Assembly (NCBI GenBank): GCA_951406725.2
Contig: OX597816.1
Coordinates: 175,522,001-175,586,000 of the forward strand
Direction: 5' to 3'
Length of the DNA: 64,000 nt
DNA from: Octopus vulgaris
Taxonomy: Eukaryota
In this document: one piece after another, positions 51,681 through 64,000 of the stretch
How positions within the stretch are numbered: the first letter of the stretch is position 1
Layout of the letters: every line of letters begins with the position of its first letter
Translations under genes and position numbers: made by a program
The notes under the pieces: generated by a model
Told to the model about the DNA's origin: nothing
The model's database searches: none
What the model saw: only the letters and a program-made list of their open reading frames with translations

Positions 51681-53269
51681 CTATAATAGAAACACACAAA
51701 TACATCTCAGTGGCTACTAAATGTTTTAGAGCAATAAAGCATAAAAGATTTTTGGTGACAATTGTGATGGTGATGATAATGAGTAATTTATAAGTTATGT
51801 GCAAGAACTATGATGTTTTAGTTGAATCATGCAAAATAACCATTCTTCATCCAATGCAGAACTTACAATCTATCACTTACCTCAAATTGCAGTCATGCAT
51901 TCTCGTTAACAAGATTTCAAGTGACTTTGCCGAGCCATAATACTCAGCCCCAAATTTCTTTCTGTAGAAAAGTTGTCATATTTGCTATCCATTCATTCAG
52001 ATCTCATTGTGCCTCATGACACTTCAGGTGATAGTAAGATCATTCCACTGAAAGTGTCCTTGACAGCTTGTTCCATTGTTAACCCTCTACTTTTAAGATC
52101 TTTTGTTATTGTTCTCCACCATATTTCCTTTGATCAGCCATGTCTCCTTTTACTAAAATTTTGCTTTACACAACTGTTACACATTCATATCTATGTGTTT
52201 ATGTATGCAGAATACATCCCCACTCTTGGCACTATTTTGTTAGTGAACAGTACAACTGTGTGTAAAGTATATAATGTATTACTACGCTGAATGTCGAGTC
52301 CGTGTATCATGAGAAGTCAATAAACACGTAAACAATAACAATGGCTTTCATTTGGTTGTCTATCCCATTAGAACCCAAACTACACATAACAACAACAATT
52401 ATTTGATTTTTGACTATAAGTTTTACTTTTTAGTTTGGAAGAGTTCTAATCTAGTTTTGTAATTGTTAGAGTTATTATAGACAACGAAACTAAGTTGCAC
52501 TACATATAGTGGCAACAAATCTAGAGTATTTGTGTAAAAGAAACTAAAATCAATAGAAAACAGATTGGGTCACTTTCAAGATAATTCCAAAAACCTAACT
52601 CAATTCAGTAGTAAGAGACAAACCAAATACAGTGGCTTTCAACTAGAAATATAGTATAATCACAAAACAATTTCATTGTACAGCTAAAAAATTATGGAAA
52701 TAAAGAAAACAGGGTCTAAAATCTCAATTTAGGCTACATACAAATGATAATGTAGCAGACATAAGTTTAAAATAAGGGGCTACAAGGCTGCACAATTTCT
52801 GCTGAATTTTGACTTCTATATTACATAAGAAAACAAGAACTACATCCACTTTCACTTTGTTATAAGATCTGAGGAATATCATTGGTGCATGCCTATTTTT
52901 CATTTTGTTTTGTTCAGAACAAATGTAATCCATATACTTACAAACAACTCTTTAAAAACAGAAGTTTGAGCTAAGTTATATTTCATATATGGCAATGAAT
53001 GAAACAAGTGAATAATTACTGCAGCTAATCATGACATTCAGTTTGTTCCCATAAAAAATTAGTTAAAACAATGCACTTTTTATCTTTTGGATCAGTTTCA
53101 CACCAGAATTCTTTTCGGGTGAGGTGAAGTGAAAATCGTTTATCCAGTGCCAAACATTTATTAAGGGAAGAAATGACAGATGACAGTCTAGAGGTAAACA
53201 CTTGTCAAAAAATACTACAAAAGGGCAAAAGTTCACCATTGCCTTGAACAGGAATTAATCTTCTCTTTT

Positions 53270-53960
53270 TGCTCTTTTGCACCACACGAGCTCAACTTTC
53301 CTCTCCTCTCTTCATCTGACACCTACCTCCTTTCTTCACTCCTACCCACCTCTCCTCTCCTCTTTTACTCTGAAACCTACTTCCTCTCTTCCCACTTACT
53401 CACCTTCTCCCTTCATTCATACCCCCTCCATCCACACCCACATACTCACCTCAAACCCACATCCCACACTGACATCCCCACACTGACACACCACACCACA
53501 CCACACATCAAATCCCAACACTCCACATTACTCTACACACACTAGCACTGGCCACTTCCCAGCACCCACACCCCACACCATCATCTGCACACCCACATGC
53601 CATCATCCGCACACCCATACATCCACACGTCAAAGTCACTAGCCCCTATCCACATGCACACACTCTCACACACACATGCACCTTTGTTTTGGGATCACCA
53701 GTACTTTATTATCTCCCCTTCTTCCTAGCTCTCCTGTCTAACTACCTTTTCCCAACCAGTCATCTTGATTGATCGCTAAATCCACAAGTTTTTTTTATTC
53801 TCTCTCTCTCTCTGTTTATTTCATCGTGTCCCTTTCTGCTGAAGAGTGAAGGCTTGAAATGTAGAAGACTTTCTCACTTTACTGAGTGTCAAACTAATAC
53901 ATCTACTTGTTGTTTATACACCTGTCTTCATCTTTTGTTTTTCTGTAAATTTTAACAATT
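53270..53960 (+). mobile_element. Pyrimidine/CA-rich Penelope-like terminal relic with decayed hammerhead (about 53833-53868)
   Basis: TTT CTGCTGAA GAGT gaag GCTT GAAA TG TA GAAG, with the same layout as the 21801-21835 motif. Confidence 0.4.
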
Positions 53961-55134
53961 GATCAACCAAGCCCATTATGTATAGTTTGAGGTGAAAAAA
54001 TGTACAATGAACCAATAGTATCAAGTAAATTAAAAAGAAATTTTACTACTAAGCATTTGCATCTACAGGATAGAGATCTTAATTCTTTCAAAGACTCAAA
54101 GCGATATAAAATATTTGAGAAAATAACTGTCGGAAAAGGGTCAAATAACTTCAACTGCTAGTTTGTAAACAGATTGTTAAAACCATGTTGGAAGAAAAAG
54201 ATGAAGATATTAACAATATTCCACTTTCAGATGATATGATACATATGAGAATTTTAGATTTATCTGAAGATAAAAATATCCAGAAAAATTTCAGGAAGTT
54301 AAATTTGCATTAATACCTGATGAATCCACAGGTAATAGTGCTTTATTAATGGTGATGAGATAATCAATCAGTATTTATGTAGTAAAGAAATGCCAATAAC
54401 TACATGAGGTCAAGCTATTTGGGATATTTTAATTGGTTATCTTGAAATAAATGAATTTAACTTAGAAATCATATATTGGTACTGGTACTGATGGTGCATT
54501 ATATAGAACAGGCTCTGTTGAAAGTTTTTGTATCACTCATAGAAAAAAAAATCCAATTCTTCTTTGTACTCATTGTTTTTTTTACATACAGAGTTTCTAG
54601 CTTCAAAAATATTTCAAGAAGAGTTCAAGTTAGTGTTAAATCATAGTTGGAATCATTAGTTATATTAAAAGTAGACTGTTGAAGTGAAGAACAGCTATTC
54701 AAAGAAATGGACTCTCAGCACTTTTTGATTACTTCTGCATCCAGAAAGAAGTCACTTAGCTTTCTAAAGGCAAAATGCTCACTTTCATTCATGAACTACA
54801 AAAAGAATTAATAGCATTTTTTGATAGAGAAACATGAAAGGCTGTAAACATCTTCAATGTTTGTTATATATTTACTCAGCTTAATGTTGTAAACAGCAAT
54901 ATGCAAGGTAAAAATGAAACAATTCTGGTTGCTTTCAAAAAGAAAATTTTAATTTAGGAAAACAGAGCAAAATTGGGTAAGTTTAGTGTTTCCTTTAATG
55001 CATATAAACGGCATTAAAGAAATGACCCCTATTGTAGTTAATCAGCTGACAATGCTGAAAGGAAAAAAGAAAGTTTCCCTCATCGAACACAGTAAAATAC
55101 AATATTTGAAATCTCTACATAGGTGAAATAAACA

Positions 55135-55500
55135 TGCTTTGCCCCATGCAGAAACTGCAGGAGATATTCAGAGGTTTTGCAAGCTCTTCTAAATCGATTG
55201 CAATGATGAAAGCTTCTGTATTGTCAGCAAGTATTTCAGGGTTACAAGTGTTTTGCCCCTTAGCTTGTCAGCTTTGCCTGAGTGGGGTAGCGAGGGCTGA
55301 GCTAGTCTTCATTTACTGAAGGGTTCCATCTGCAGTCACTTATCAACCATAGCCATCTTGAGAGCTAGTTTCAGCTGCCATGCCCATTTCCTTGATGACA
55401 TTCTTCAGTTGTCATGGTTCAAGACAACTTCTGCAGGAAATAGTGCATAGATCTAGTTGGAAAGCCGAAGCAGCTAACTTCAATTAGGAATGAGACTGCG
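55135..55500 (-). mobile_element. HERO-like (restriction-like endonuclease) non-LTR retrotransposon 3' fragment
   Basis: Minus strand reads FLIEVSCFGFPTRSM...VIKEMGMAAETSS(R)WLW, resembling the PVEVGCRGF...AAE..S.WLW terminus. Confidence 0.55.
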
Positions 55501-55894
55501 TACCAGCCCTTGATAAAGGCTGACTAAGTACTGAAAAGAGGAACTGGAAACCATTTTGCAAGTTTAAAATAAAGCACTTGGAGATACTTATTAATACATT
55601 TTGGATTTGAATTCAAAAGGAATACCTCACAGTAGCTGACAAAGCCTTATTAGTTTTGCTTACAATTTCCAACTTCTTATTTGTGTGAATTAGGATTTTC
55701 AACACTAAATAACACCAAGAATGAGAAGGGAGAGAGGCTCCACTGCATTGATGAAGAAATAAGGGGATGCTTATCACATGTATGTCCAAACGTTGAAGCA
55801 ATAGCACAAAAACATCAGGAAAAGGTTTCCTATTAATCAACCTACATCTGTAGATACTACAATAGAGTACATTCATAACTGTTTCTTTTAACAC

Positions 55895-56375
55895 TATAAT
55901 TGCCAGCGCCGCCTTGACTGGCTTCTGTGCCGGTAGCACATAAAAAGCACCATCCGAACGTGGCCGATGCCAGCGCCGCCCCGACTGACTTCTGTGCCGG
56001 TAGCACATAAAAAGCACCATCCGAACGTGGCCGATGCCAGCGCCGCCCCGACTGACCTCTGTGCCGGTGGCACATAAAAAGCACCATCTGAACGTGGCCG
56101 TTGCCAGCGCCGTCTTGGCTGGCTTTCGTGCCGGTGGCACGTTAAAAGCTCCAACCGATTGTGGCCGATGCCGGAACCCCCTGGCACCTGTGCAGGTGGC
56201 ACGTAAAAAGCACCCACTACACTCGCGGAGTGGTTGGTGTTAGGAAGGGCACCCAGCTGTAGAAACTCTGCCAGATCAGACTGGAGCCTGGTGCAGCCCC
56301 TGGCTTCCCAGACCCCGGTCGAACCGTCCAACCCGTGCTAGCGCGGAAAACGGACGTTAAACAATGATGATGCTG
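55895..56375 (+). mobile_element. Solo RTE-family 3' UTR/tail with about 63-bp tandem units
   Basis: Repeated TGCCAGCGCCGCC..GCACATAAAAAGCACCATCCGAACGTGGCCG, ending GGACGTTAAACAATGATGATG. Confidence 0.85.
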
Positions 56376-56612
56376 AATTTTATGCCACAATTTTAAGATG
56401 ACATTTTAAAGGTAATTTTTAATTTTGGCATCAAATATGCTATAACATTTTTATCTACATTTTAGAGTACCACTGGCAAAAAAAAAAAAAAAAGTCTGAG
56501 ACTCACTGGTCTAGTATAACATTATTTACATGCAGATAAAGTTAAAATATAAACAATTTTTTAAAAAGCCAAAGAAATGAAAATGCCAGTTAATATGAAG
56601 GCAATTACATAC

Positions 56613-56749
56613 CAGCATATGCAATATCTATGGTGGAAAGTGGATTGACTTTGTATTTTGGGTCTTGACTCAAAATATTTTGAGATAATTCATTAGCTCT
56701 CTCAATCACAGCCTTTGCCTTCAGGGTGTCAGCTTCTAATGATTTCATT
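56613..56749 (-). CDS. scrib: Scribble exon: (R)MKSLEADTLKAKAVIERANELSQNILSQDPKYKVNPLSTIDIAYA
   Basis: cttgcag| acceptor and G|gtatgt donor. Continues the Scribble motif RMKSLE.D.L.A..V in the correct phase. Confidence 0.88.
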
Positions 56750-57442
56750 CTGCAAGGGGTGTTAATATGGTGGGTATTATAATAAGGTCAAAACAGAGAG
56801 CAGATAGATTTACAAGCTGTAATAAAGCAGGGTTGGATTAATGCATGGTTAGAATTGGTTATGCAGATGAAATATGGTAATATATTTCTAAAGAGCCAAT
56901 AGCAGGTGTGTATGAGAAAATTTATGTGTGAATGTGCATACATAAGATCGCATTATTCTGCCAAAATTAATCCTTTTTTATCTACATTACCTCAAACTAA
57001 TCAGGCATTATCTTGGAGCTATGAGATTTTGATCAGGTAGCTGTTAATTTTTAAAATGATATTGTAGGGTTGGTGTGAGAGACCAGATCTGGCCAGTTTG
57101 AACATAAAACAGGCAGAATACTTTTGGCCGGATATGGCCGGTTTAAATGCTAAAGGGTTAAACACTCATACACACAAAATCAGAAAGGTGAGCAAGTGAT
57201 CAGTCCTGTGAACTAGACATGTCAGTAAAGGGTTTGTTCAGTGAATAAGAAGGATTAGTAAAAGAAGAGTCGCTTGAGTCACGTATGTCAGTAAGGGAGC
57301 AATTGTGAGAGAAAAGCAGATCAAAAAAGGAGCAGTCACAAAGACTAAATTAAAAGAATGATAAAGCAAAAAAAAAAAAAAAAAAAAAAATCAGTGGACA
57401 AAAGAAAGTTGACAGCAGATAAAATCTGCCGTTATATTGTAC

Positions 57443-57607
57443 CTGGCTTTCCGCCATGCAGCTCGTTTCTCTGCCTCACGAGCTCTTTCATCTGTAGTTA
57501 AATTGTCTCCAGAAGTGTCAACATTGTTGGAATCGGACATTTTCTGTGGCACCAGCCGTTTTTCAGCTTTCAGTGTCCGAACACTGCCAGCTGGTGGAGT
57601 GGTTTTA
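57443..57607 (-). CDS. scrib: Scribble (LAP-family) C-terminal region exon: KTTPPAGSVRTLKAEKRLVPQKMSDSNNVDTSGDNLTTDERAREAEKRAAWRKAR
   Basis: aatag| acceptor and AG|gtac donor. Matches the conserved Scribble C-terminal motifs VRT.KAE.R and EAEKRA.WR.AR. Confidence 0.88.
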
Positions 57608-58380
57608 CTATTTACAGGAATAACACATGAGCAAAGTTAAATATAAAAGAACAATAACAACTACTGTAAAATTAAACTTGCTATTTCACATCACCTACAA
57701 ACAATTTACAGAGATGATAAGGGTTTCTTTTGAATAAACACAGACCTAAATTTTGCAGTTCTTTATTTACAACTACAACATTGGTGTGGGACATTGACAA
57801 CAGCAGCAAATCTACACAATCAGGGTGGTTTCTGGGTGTTGGAAATGTTTGATATGTTTCAGTTCTGAGACTAGTCTTGTTTATTTAGTCCTAAAGATGA
57901 TGGTTGTAAGCAAGAGTTATGGATTTCACCAAAAGACACAGTGAAACGTCTTCAGCATCTCTGCTGTAGACATTTCATTGTGTCGTTAGCGATGGCTAAT
58001 CAAAGAAATGTTGTTGAGGATTAGTAAGTAAAAAGTGCCTCATAGTCAAAGTTTCATTTTCAACAGATTCTTAAAGGAATGGAAAAATTATCCAAATATA
58101 AAGATTTATAAACAGAGATAACCTGAAAGTGAGGACTGGAAACAAAAATAATTTAAGTATCTTGGGAACGGTCAAAAAACATGCAGACAAATACATGACC
58201 AAAGCTAAGAGCTTACAAATATGCACAAGATACAAACAATGGCACTACTTTGGCACTGTACAAATGTTACATAGATAGAATACAAAGCACACACACAAAA
58301 AACAAACAAACAAGCAAATGCACACATACAGACCTACACTTGGGAGTGTAATGAAAACGAAACTGCCAAATGATAATAAT

Positions 58381-58630
58381 ATCCTTAAACAACCCTTATT
58401 CAGGGACCTTTTGAGTGGGATGGGCTACTCAACCTGAAGAAAATTCTAACTGGGCCCCACCTGCAAGGTCATGTGCTGTTTATCTTGATATGAGATCACC
58501 ATGTTGCGCACATATGGTTGTGATGCATGTGCCTGGTGTACCTTTATCAGACGGGTAGTCATGTTGGGTATATTGGGCTTCGTATATTTTACCCCAGTGT
58601 CACTTGATGGCATGCACTGCTCTCTCACTC

Positions 58631-58694
<64 letters not shown>

Positions 58695-59248
58695 TGCCCT
58701 GATGCAGTACCAGGCAGTGGCTCTCATGGCTTCTGATCTTAAGTGATTGGAAGTGTTATCATGTACATTGTTTTGTCTTGGTATAAAAGATGGGCTACAG
58801 TAAATATTCTGCTCAATGCCACAGATTTGCTTGTCAGTTGTTTGACCTTAACCAGTTGGGCATGTCCCTTAGTGGCTGACGATATGTGCATCTCTGATCA
58901 CGAGCAGAAGTAGTGGGGGTCATCATAGCCGTGTGCTGAAAGGAATTCTTAGAGGTTTGGATAATTCACCTTAAGAAACACGGTTGTTTCGTTCAACATC
59001 CTTAAACAACCCTTATTCAGGGACCGTTTGAGCGGGATGGGCTACTCAACCTGAAGAAAATTCTAACTGGGCCCCACCTGCAAGGTCATGTGCTGTTTAT
59101 CTTGATATGAGATCACCATGTCGCGCACATATGGTTGTGATGCATGTGCCTGGTGTACCTTTATCAGACGGGTAGTCATGATGGGTATATTGGGCTTCGT
59201 ATATTTTACCCCAGTGTCACTTTGATGGCATGAACTGCTCTCTCACTC
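58381..59248 (+). mobile_element. Two tandem (AAT)n-embedded retroposed repeats (58381-58630 and 58694-59248)
   Basis: Each ends CTCTCTCACTC followed by (AAT)n; 5' starts differ. Confidence 0.8.
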
Positions 59249-59335
<87 letters not shown>

Positions 59336-59482
59336 CCAATCACACAACCTGTATTAGTAGACACAACAACCACACTCTTATATTTAATGCCACAGCAACA
59401 GCAGCCAAACCAACAGCAGTAAATCTGCCATCATTTGTTGTCTAAAGAATCAGGGAAGACAAAAGTAGGAGCTCTGGGCCTT

Positions 59483-59725
59483 ATCTATAAACATAACACT
59501 GAGAATGTGTGTCTATCTGTATGTGTGCATCACCAAAACTCAAGAACTACCCAACTGATTTCATTCAAATTTTACACATGCCTTACTTAGGGTCCATGCA
59601 GTGTAATGGGCCAAAAAGTTTCACCTTGCCTCATGCGAGCCTGAAGCAATCTCTTATCTCATACACTATTTCAGTATTATGTGTCAAAAGTGAAACAATA
59701 ACATCTATTGGAATGTGAGACAATA
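59483..59725 (+). mobile_element. Non-autonomous Helitron/Helentron-like repeat fragment
   Basis: Homologous to the reverse complement of 49170-49402. Confidence 0.5.
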
Positions 59726-59942
59726 CTTTCAGTTTAATATCTCACATATATACATGCACACACACACACATGCATGTATACATGTGTATATATATATCTG
59801 CACATATATATGTATGTATATATATGCATATATATACATGTATATGTATAGATGTATATGTTTACATGCATATGTATAGATGTATATGTATATATACAGA
59901 TTTATATGTATGTATATATATATGTATATATTTATGTATATA

Positions 59943-60098
59943 GGTGAAGGAGCGACTGTGTGGTAAGTAGCTTGCTTACCAACCACATGGTTCCGGGTTC
60001 AGTCCCACTACATGGCACCTTGGGCAAGTATCTTCTACTATAGCCTTGGGCCAACCAGAGCCTTGTGAGTGGATTTGGTAGAAACTGAAAGAAGCCTG

Positions 60099-60144
<46 letters not shown>

Positions 60145-60358
60145 ATATGTTTGTGTGTCTGTGTTTGTCCCCACAAATATTACTTGACAACCGATGCTGG
60201 TGTGTTTATGTCCCTGTAATGTAGCGGTTCGGCAAAAAGAGACCGATAGAATAAGGCTTACAAAGAATAAGTCCTGGGGTTGATTTCCTTGACTAAAGGC
60301 GGTGCTCCAGCATGGCCACAGTCAAATGACTGAAACAAGTAAAAGAGAAAGAGAAAGA
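59943..60358 (+). mobile_element. tRNA-headed SINE
   Basis: Homologous to 11973-12345. Confidence 0.85.
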
Positions 60359-60414
60359 TACATATATATATATATATTTATGTATATATACATATATTTA
60401 TATATATACATATA

Positions 60415-60465
<51 letters not shown>

Positions 60466-60630
60466 ATATGTATGCATGTATATATGTGTGTATAAATATA
60501 TATATATATGTGTGTGTACATATATATATGTGTAGATGTATATGTATATATATATAGATTTATATGCATATATATGTATCTATATAGATCTATATGTATA
60601 TATATATGGAGGTGGCTGTGTGGTAAGTAG

Positions 60631-63600
60631 ATGTAAACCCTGAAGGTGGGTTGGTCATCCTTGATGTGACATACAACAGTAAGGTCTTCAGGTTGATTGG
60701 ACTCCATGCACCTTGTGCTAGAGGATTTCAAACTGATTTTTATCGGCACCTGGAGAACTTTCTCGCAATGTCGAAAACATTCGTGGTGTTAGGAGACTTT
60801 AACACTATTGTTGATGCGCGCATTGATAGCGTTGGCTTGACCGGTAGGAAAGAGAACTCATGCCTCATGGATCTGCTTAAGTGCTTTCAGCTAGCAGATC
60901 GGTACAGGCTTCACCATCCGAATGTCCCAGAGTGGACCTGGTTTAATGGCGATGGAAGGCTCAAGTCTTACTTAGACAGGATAGTCAGAAGAGCCACAGA
61001 TAAGGATAGCTTTAGTTGTCCACAGCTTGTTCAGGTGTCCTACATTGACCATAAAATGGTTAAGTGTAGGCTGAATACAGATAGGACAGTTAAGAGAGGA
61101 TCTGGCTACTGGAAGCTGAACAAGTCTATTTTGGCTTGCGAGCCATACCGTAGCCGGATTAAAGAGCTACTACAGAGGGCGTTGACTGGTGTGGTGGTGG
61201 TTCGCCCTCAAGAGAGCCATTCGTTTCGAGTCTATTAGGTTTAGCCACTAGCTAGGACTAGTAAAGGCTAGAATAGAAGGGCAGCTAGTTAAGGACTTAG
61301 AGGAGGCATTGAGGTTGGGCTCTGCATCCTACATTCTAGCAGTGAGAATGGCCCTGGACCGTCACCTCAAAGCCAAGCATGAGGAGTGAAGATTTCAGGC
61401 TAAAGTGCGTGCATTGAGCCACGAAGGAATTAATGTTGCCGGATGGGCCCATATGGTAGAGACCCAGCGTGGCAACGATGCCACAATATGGTCTCTTGTT
61501 GATGACAGTGGAGTTCAGTCGAGGGACAGGATGAGATGTGTGAGGCACTTTACAAGCACTTCGCTGTGTTGTTCAGGATGGGTGGGGTGCTGGATCATGG
61601 TGAGGCCTTCAGGGACTTCCTGTCTGGCAGCCCATGTCTGTCAGCACGAGAGGCTGAGTGCTGTGAAGGGTCAATCACAGCCAAGGTGATCAAGGTGCTG
61701 GGCAAATGCCCCGGGGAGAAGTCGCCGGGTCTCGATGGTCTACCCTATGAATTTTATAAAAGTATGCCAGACTTGATTGGGCACCTGTTGGCCAGCGTCT
61801 GTGCCAATTGGCAGCAGAACAGGAGAATTCCCAAGTCTGCGAGCCGAGGGGTGGTGACATTGATCAGGAAGGACATGAGCAAGGGGGGCGAGATGGGGAA
61901 CTTCAGGCCCATAACTCTGTTGAACCCAGAGTTAAAGATTTTGGCCAAGGTGCTAGTGAGAATACTGGCGTGGGTCATAGGTGGACTGCTAGAGTAAGCG
62001 TAAACGTGTGCCATGCCAAGCAGGTCGATCCATGACAATCTCCATCTTATACACTACTCCTTAGAGAGGGTGAGGAAACTTTGTGGTGCAGGGAGGGCAC
62101 TGGTACATTTAGATCAGTCTAAAGCATTTGATAGGGTTGACCATCGGTACATGGCGGCGGTCCTCGAGAAGGCTGGCTTAAGCCCGACCCCCCGTGGTTG
62201 GATTTCTGTGCTGTACAGCGATATTGAGTCTGTCGCGAAAGTGAATGGTTTCTTTTCAAAGCCATTCAAGACCGAACAATCAGTGCGTCAGGGGTGTTCT
62301 CTGTCTCTGCTTTTGTATGTACTGGCTCTTGAGCCATTGCTGCGGAAGTTGGAGGCACTAGGGGGCACGCCACATGATCTATGGTGTGGAAGAGGAGCTA
62401 CAGCATACGCGAATGACATCTCCATCATCACGGCAGATGAAGGCCAGCTTCCAGTGGTGGAAAAGGCCATTAAAAGTTACAAGGCGGTGGCAGTACTGTG
62501 CAATAACGTCGTGGGGCGTTGGACGGGAGGTCCTGTTAAGCTGCTCGGAGTCTGGTTCGGGTCCAGACCTCCAGATAGAGAAAGATTGGAGTGAGGGGGC
62601 CAGCAAGGTGACTGCTCTAACCCAGACTTGGTGTGGGCGGGCGTTATCCTTGCTAGGGAGGGCGGAGGTGGTGCAGACGTTTATAGCATTGGTTATCACC
62701 TACCGTCTGACCATGGTACCTTGCTCTGGTTTGTGGCTGAACAAGTTGGAGAGAATCCTTTTCTGCTTTTAGTGGAAGCGAGGAAAGCCACTCGTGAAGC
62801 GCTCTGTCTGCTGCCAGAAACCGCTAAATGGCGGGTTAGGGATGCCTTGGCTGAAGATGCGAAAATTCGTGTTAAGGTTGAGGCACCTCTGGCTTTACCT
62901 GGATGGAGAGCAGGTGTGGTCACCGCACTTCCGGTTCTATCTCCCACAGTTAATGTCTTTAACAGACGTTGGTGCGTGGATCAAGAAGAGACCTAGGCTG
63001 GGGGACTGGCAATTGGAGTGCTGTCAGGCACTTCAGCTACTCTCTCGGATGGGTAATGCCGGCAGCAGGAGTTCCACCATGGATTTTTATAGCGGGTTAG
63101 TAGAGACCAAGTCCAAAGACGCCTTGGGGGAGACCCTGGGCTACGATGAAAATCAGTTAATCAACCTGTTCAGGAGAACATATGAGCCGGAGTAACTGGA
63201 TAATTACCAGAAATCCCTGGCTTGACAGTGCTTCCGTACAGCATCACCGGTTCATGACAAGCTTTCAAGGCACGGAAGTGCCGTCTTGCCGACATGCCTG
63301 AGATGTGGGCAGGATAGGGAGTGTCCGGAATTATCAGGACCGATAGCTTTCGTCAAACAACTGATGTCAGTGATGGGAAGAGGACAGCTACCAGCTGAGT
63401 CTATCATCAAGATCGTGCCACCCCCTTCCCTTAGCAGGTAAAGGAAGGCCTGTTTTTTCTGCGTAGTAGCCATACTGAAAGAAACAGTATGGAAGACGCG
63501 TGTGAAAGGTATAATGACAGGTACCTTTGTCACTGGTCAGGGGTCGGTCAACTTCTTTGGTTATCACCTCAATAGTAAGGTCAGGCTGGAGAAGAGGTGT

Positions 63601-63897
63601 CTGACACGGGATATGTTTGTTAAATGATGGAAACCTATGGAAAGTAAGTTAGGTGTGATTGGCACCAAGTAAGTGCATTCAAGATGAAAAGTAAAGGTTC
63701 TACCTAGGTGGCCGGAAGCCTTTAGGAAATACATTGCAAATCACAATGAACATAAAATTTTTTTTTATTTTAAAACTATATATATTTTTTTATGATTCAC
63801 CTATCATCCGAGACTATTTTTTAATCGATTAGCAGCTACTTCACCTTTTTATGTTTGTTTGTCTTTGTTTTTCCCCTCTGGCAAATTTGATGAAATA
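60631..63897 (+). mobile_element. 5'-truncated Tx1/L1-like LINE (endonuclease + RT), decayed, inserted in a SINE head
   Basis: LGDFN, WTW, LDRI, DH, G.GYWKLN.S.L, KSPGLDGLPYEFY, RPITLLN..KILAK, LDQSKAFDRVDH, VRQGC.LS.LLY, AYAND, GGLGMP. Ends AATAAA. AAGTAG is duplicated at 60625-60630 and 63898-63903. Confidence 0.88.
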
Positions 63898-64000
63898 AAG
63901 TAGCTTGCTTACCAATTACATGGTTCCGGGTTCAGTCCCACTGCATGGCATCTTGGGCAAGTGTCTTCTACTATAGCCTCGGGCCGACCAAAGCCTTGTG
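63898..64000 (+). mobile_element. Remainder of the SINE whose first ~23 nt lie at 60608-60630
   Basis: AAGTAGCTTGCTTACC..GGTTCCGGGTTCAGTCCCACTG continues GGAGGTGGCTGTGTGGTAAGTAG, exactly as in intact copies. Confidence 0.88.

Larger units (their letters stand above)
54090..56509 (+). mobile_element. Decayed hAT (Buster/Charlie-like) transposon with two nested insertions
   Basis: Fragments LSDD.I..RI.DLSED, FAL..DEST, TDGA, THCF, YIKSR, LSKGK.L, MQGKNET. Right end ..GAGACTCACTG followed by GTCTAG. Confidence 0.7.

Noticed and set aside
55900-56215. 63-bp periodic repeats resembling a repeat-spacer array
   Set aside because: Whole units are duplicated and belong to the RTE 3' UTR seen elsewhere in the window.
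57437-57640. Plus-strand ORF MYLAFRHAARFS...
   Set aside because: Antisense shadow of the minus-strand scribble exon.

Overview
Eukaryotic, AT-rich and very microsatellite-rich animal DNA. The repeat spectrum (RTE LINEs with (GAT)n tails, tRNA-headed SINEs, long (TA)n/(TACA)n tracts) suggests an octopus/coleoid cephalopod genome, but this is inference. Two convergent spliced genes can be read by hand: the last four coding exons of an SLC22-type organic cation transporter (+, 8095-16422) and the C-terminal exons plus a long putative 3' UTR of a scribble (scrib) orthologue (-, 57607 down to about 33 kb or lower). Most of the rest is decayed transposon sequence: RTE, CR1, Tx1/L1-like, HERO-like, mariner, hAT, Helitron, MITEs and SINEs. 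The most striking unannotated signal is a set of short elements, mostly inside or beside (TA)n tracts, that carry minimal type I hammerhead-ribozyme motifs resembling Penelope-like pseudo-LTRs. Two of them are near-perfect fold-back palindromes (286 bp and 423 bp) and two show compensatory swaps at the core 3-8 pair (G3-C8, U3-A8). Nearly all long ORFs in the supplied track over (TA)n/(CA)n tracts are artefacts. All coordinates and folds were read by eye, with no computation.
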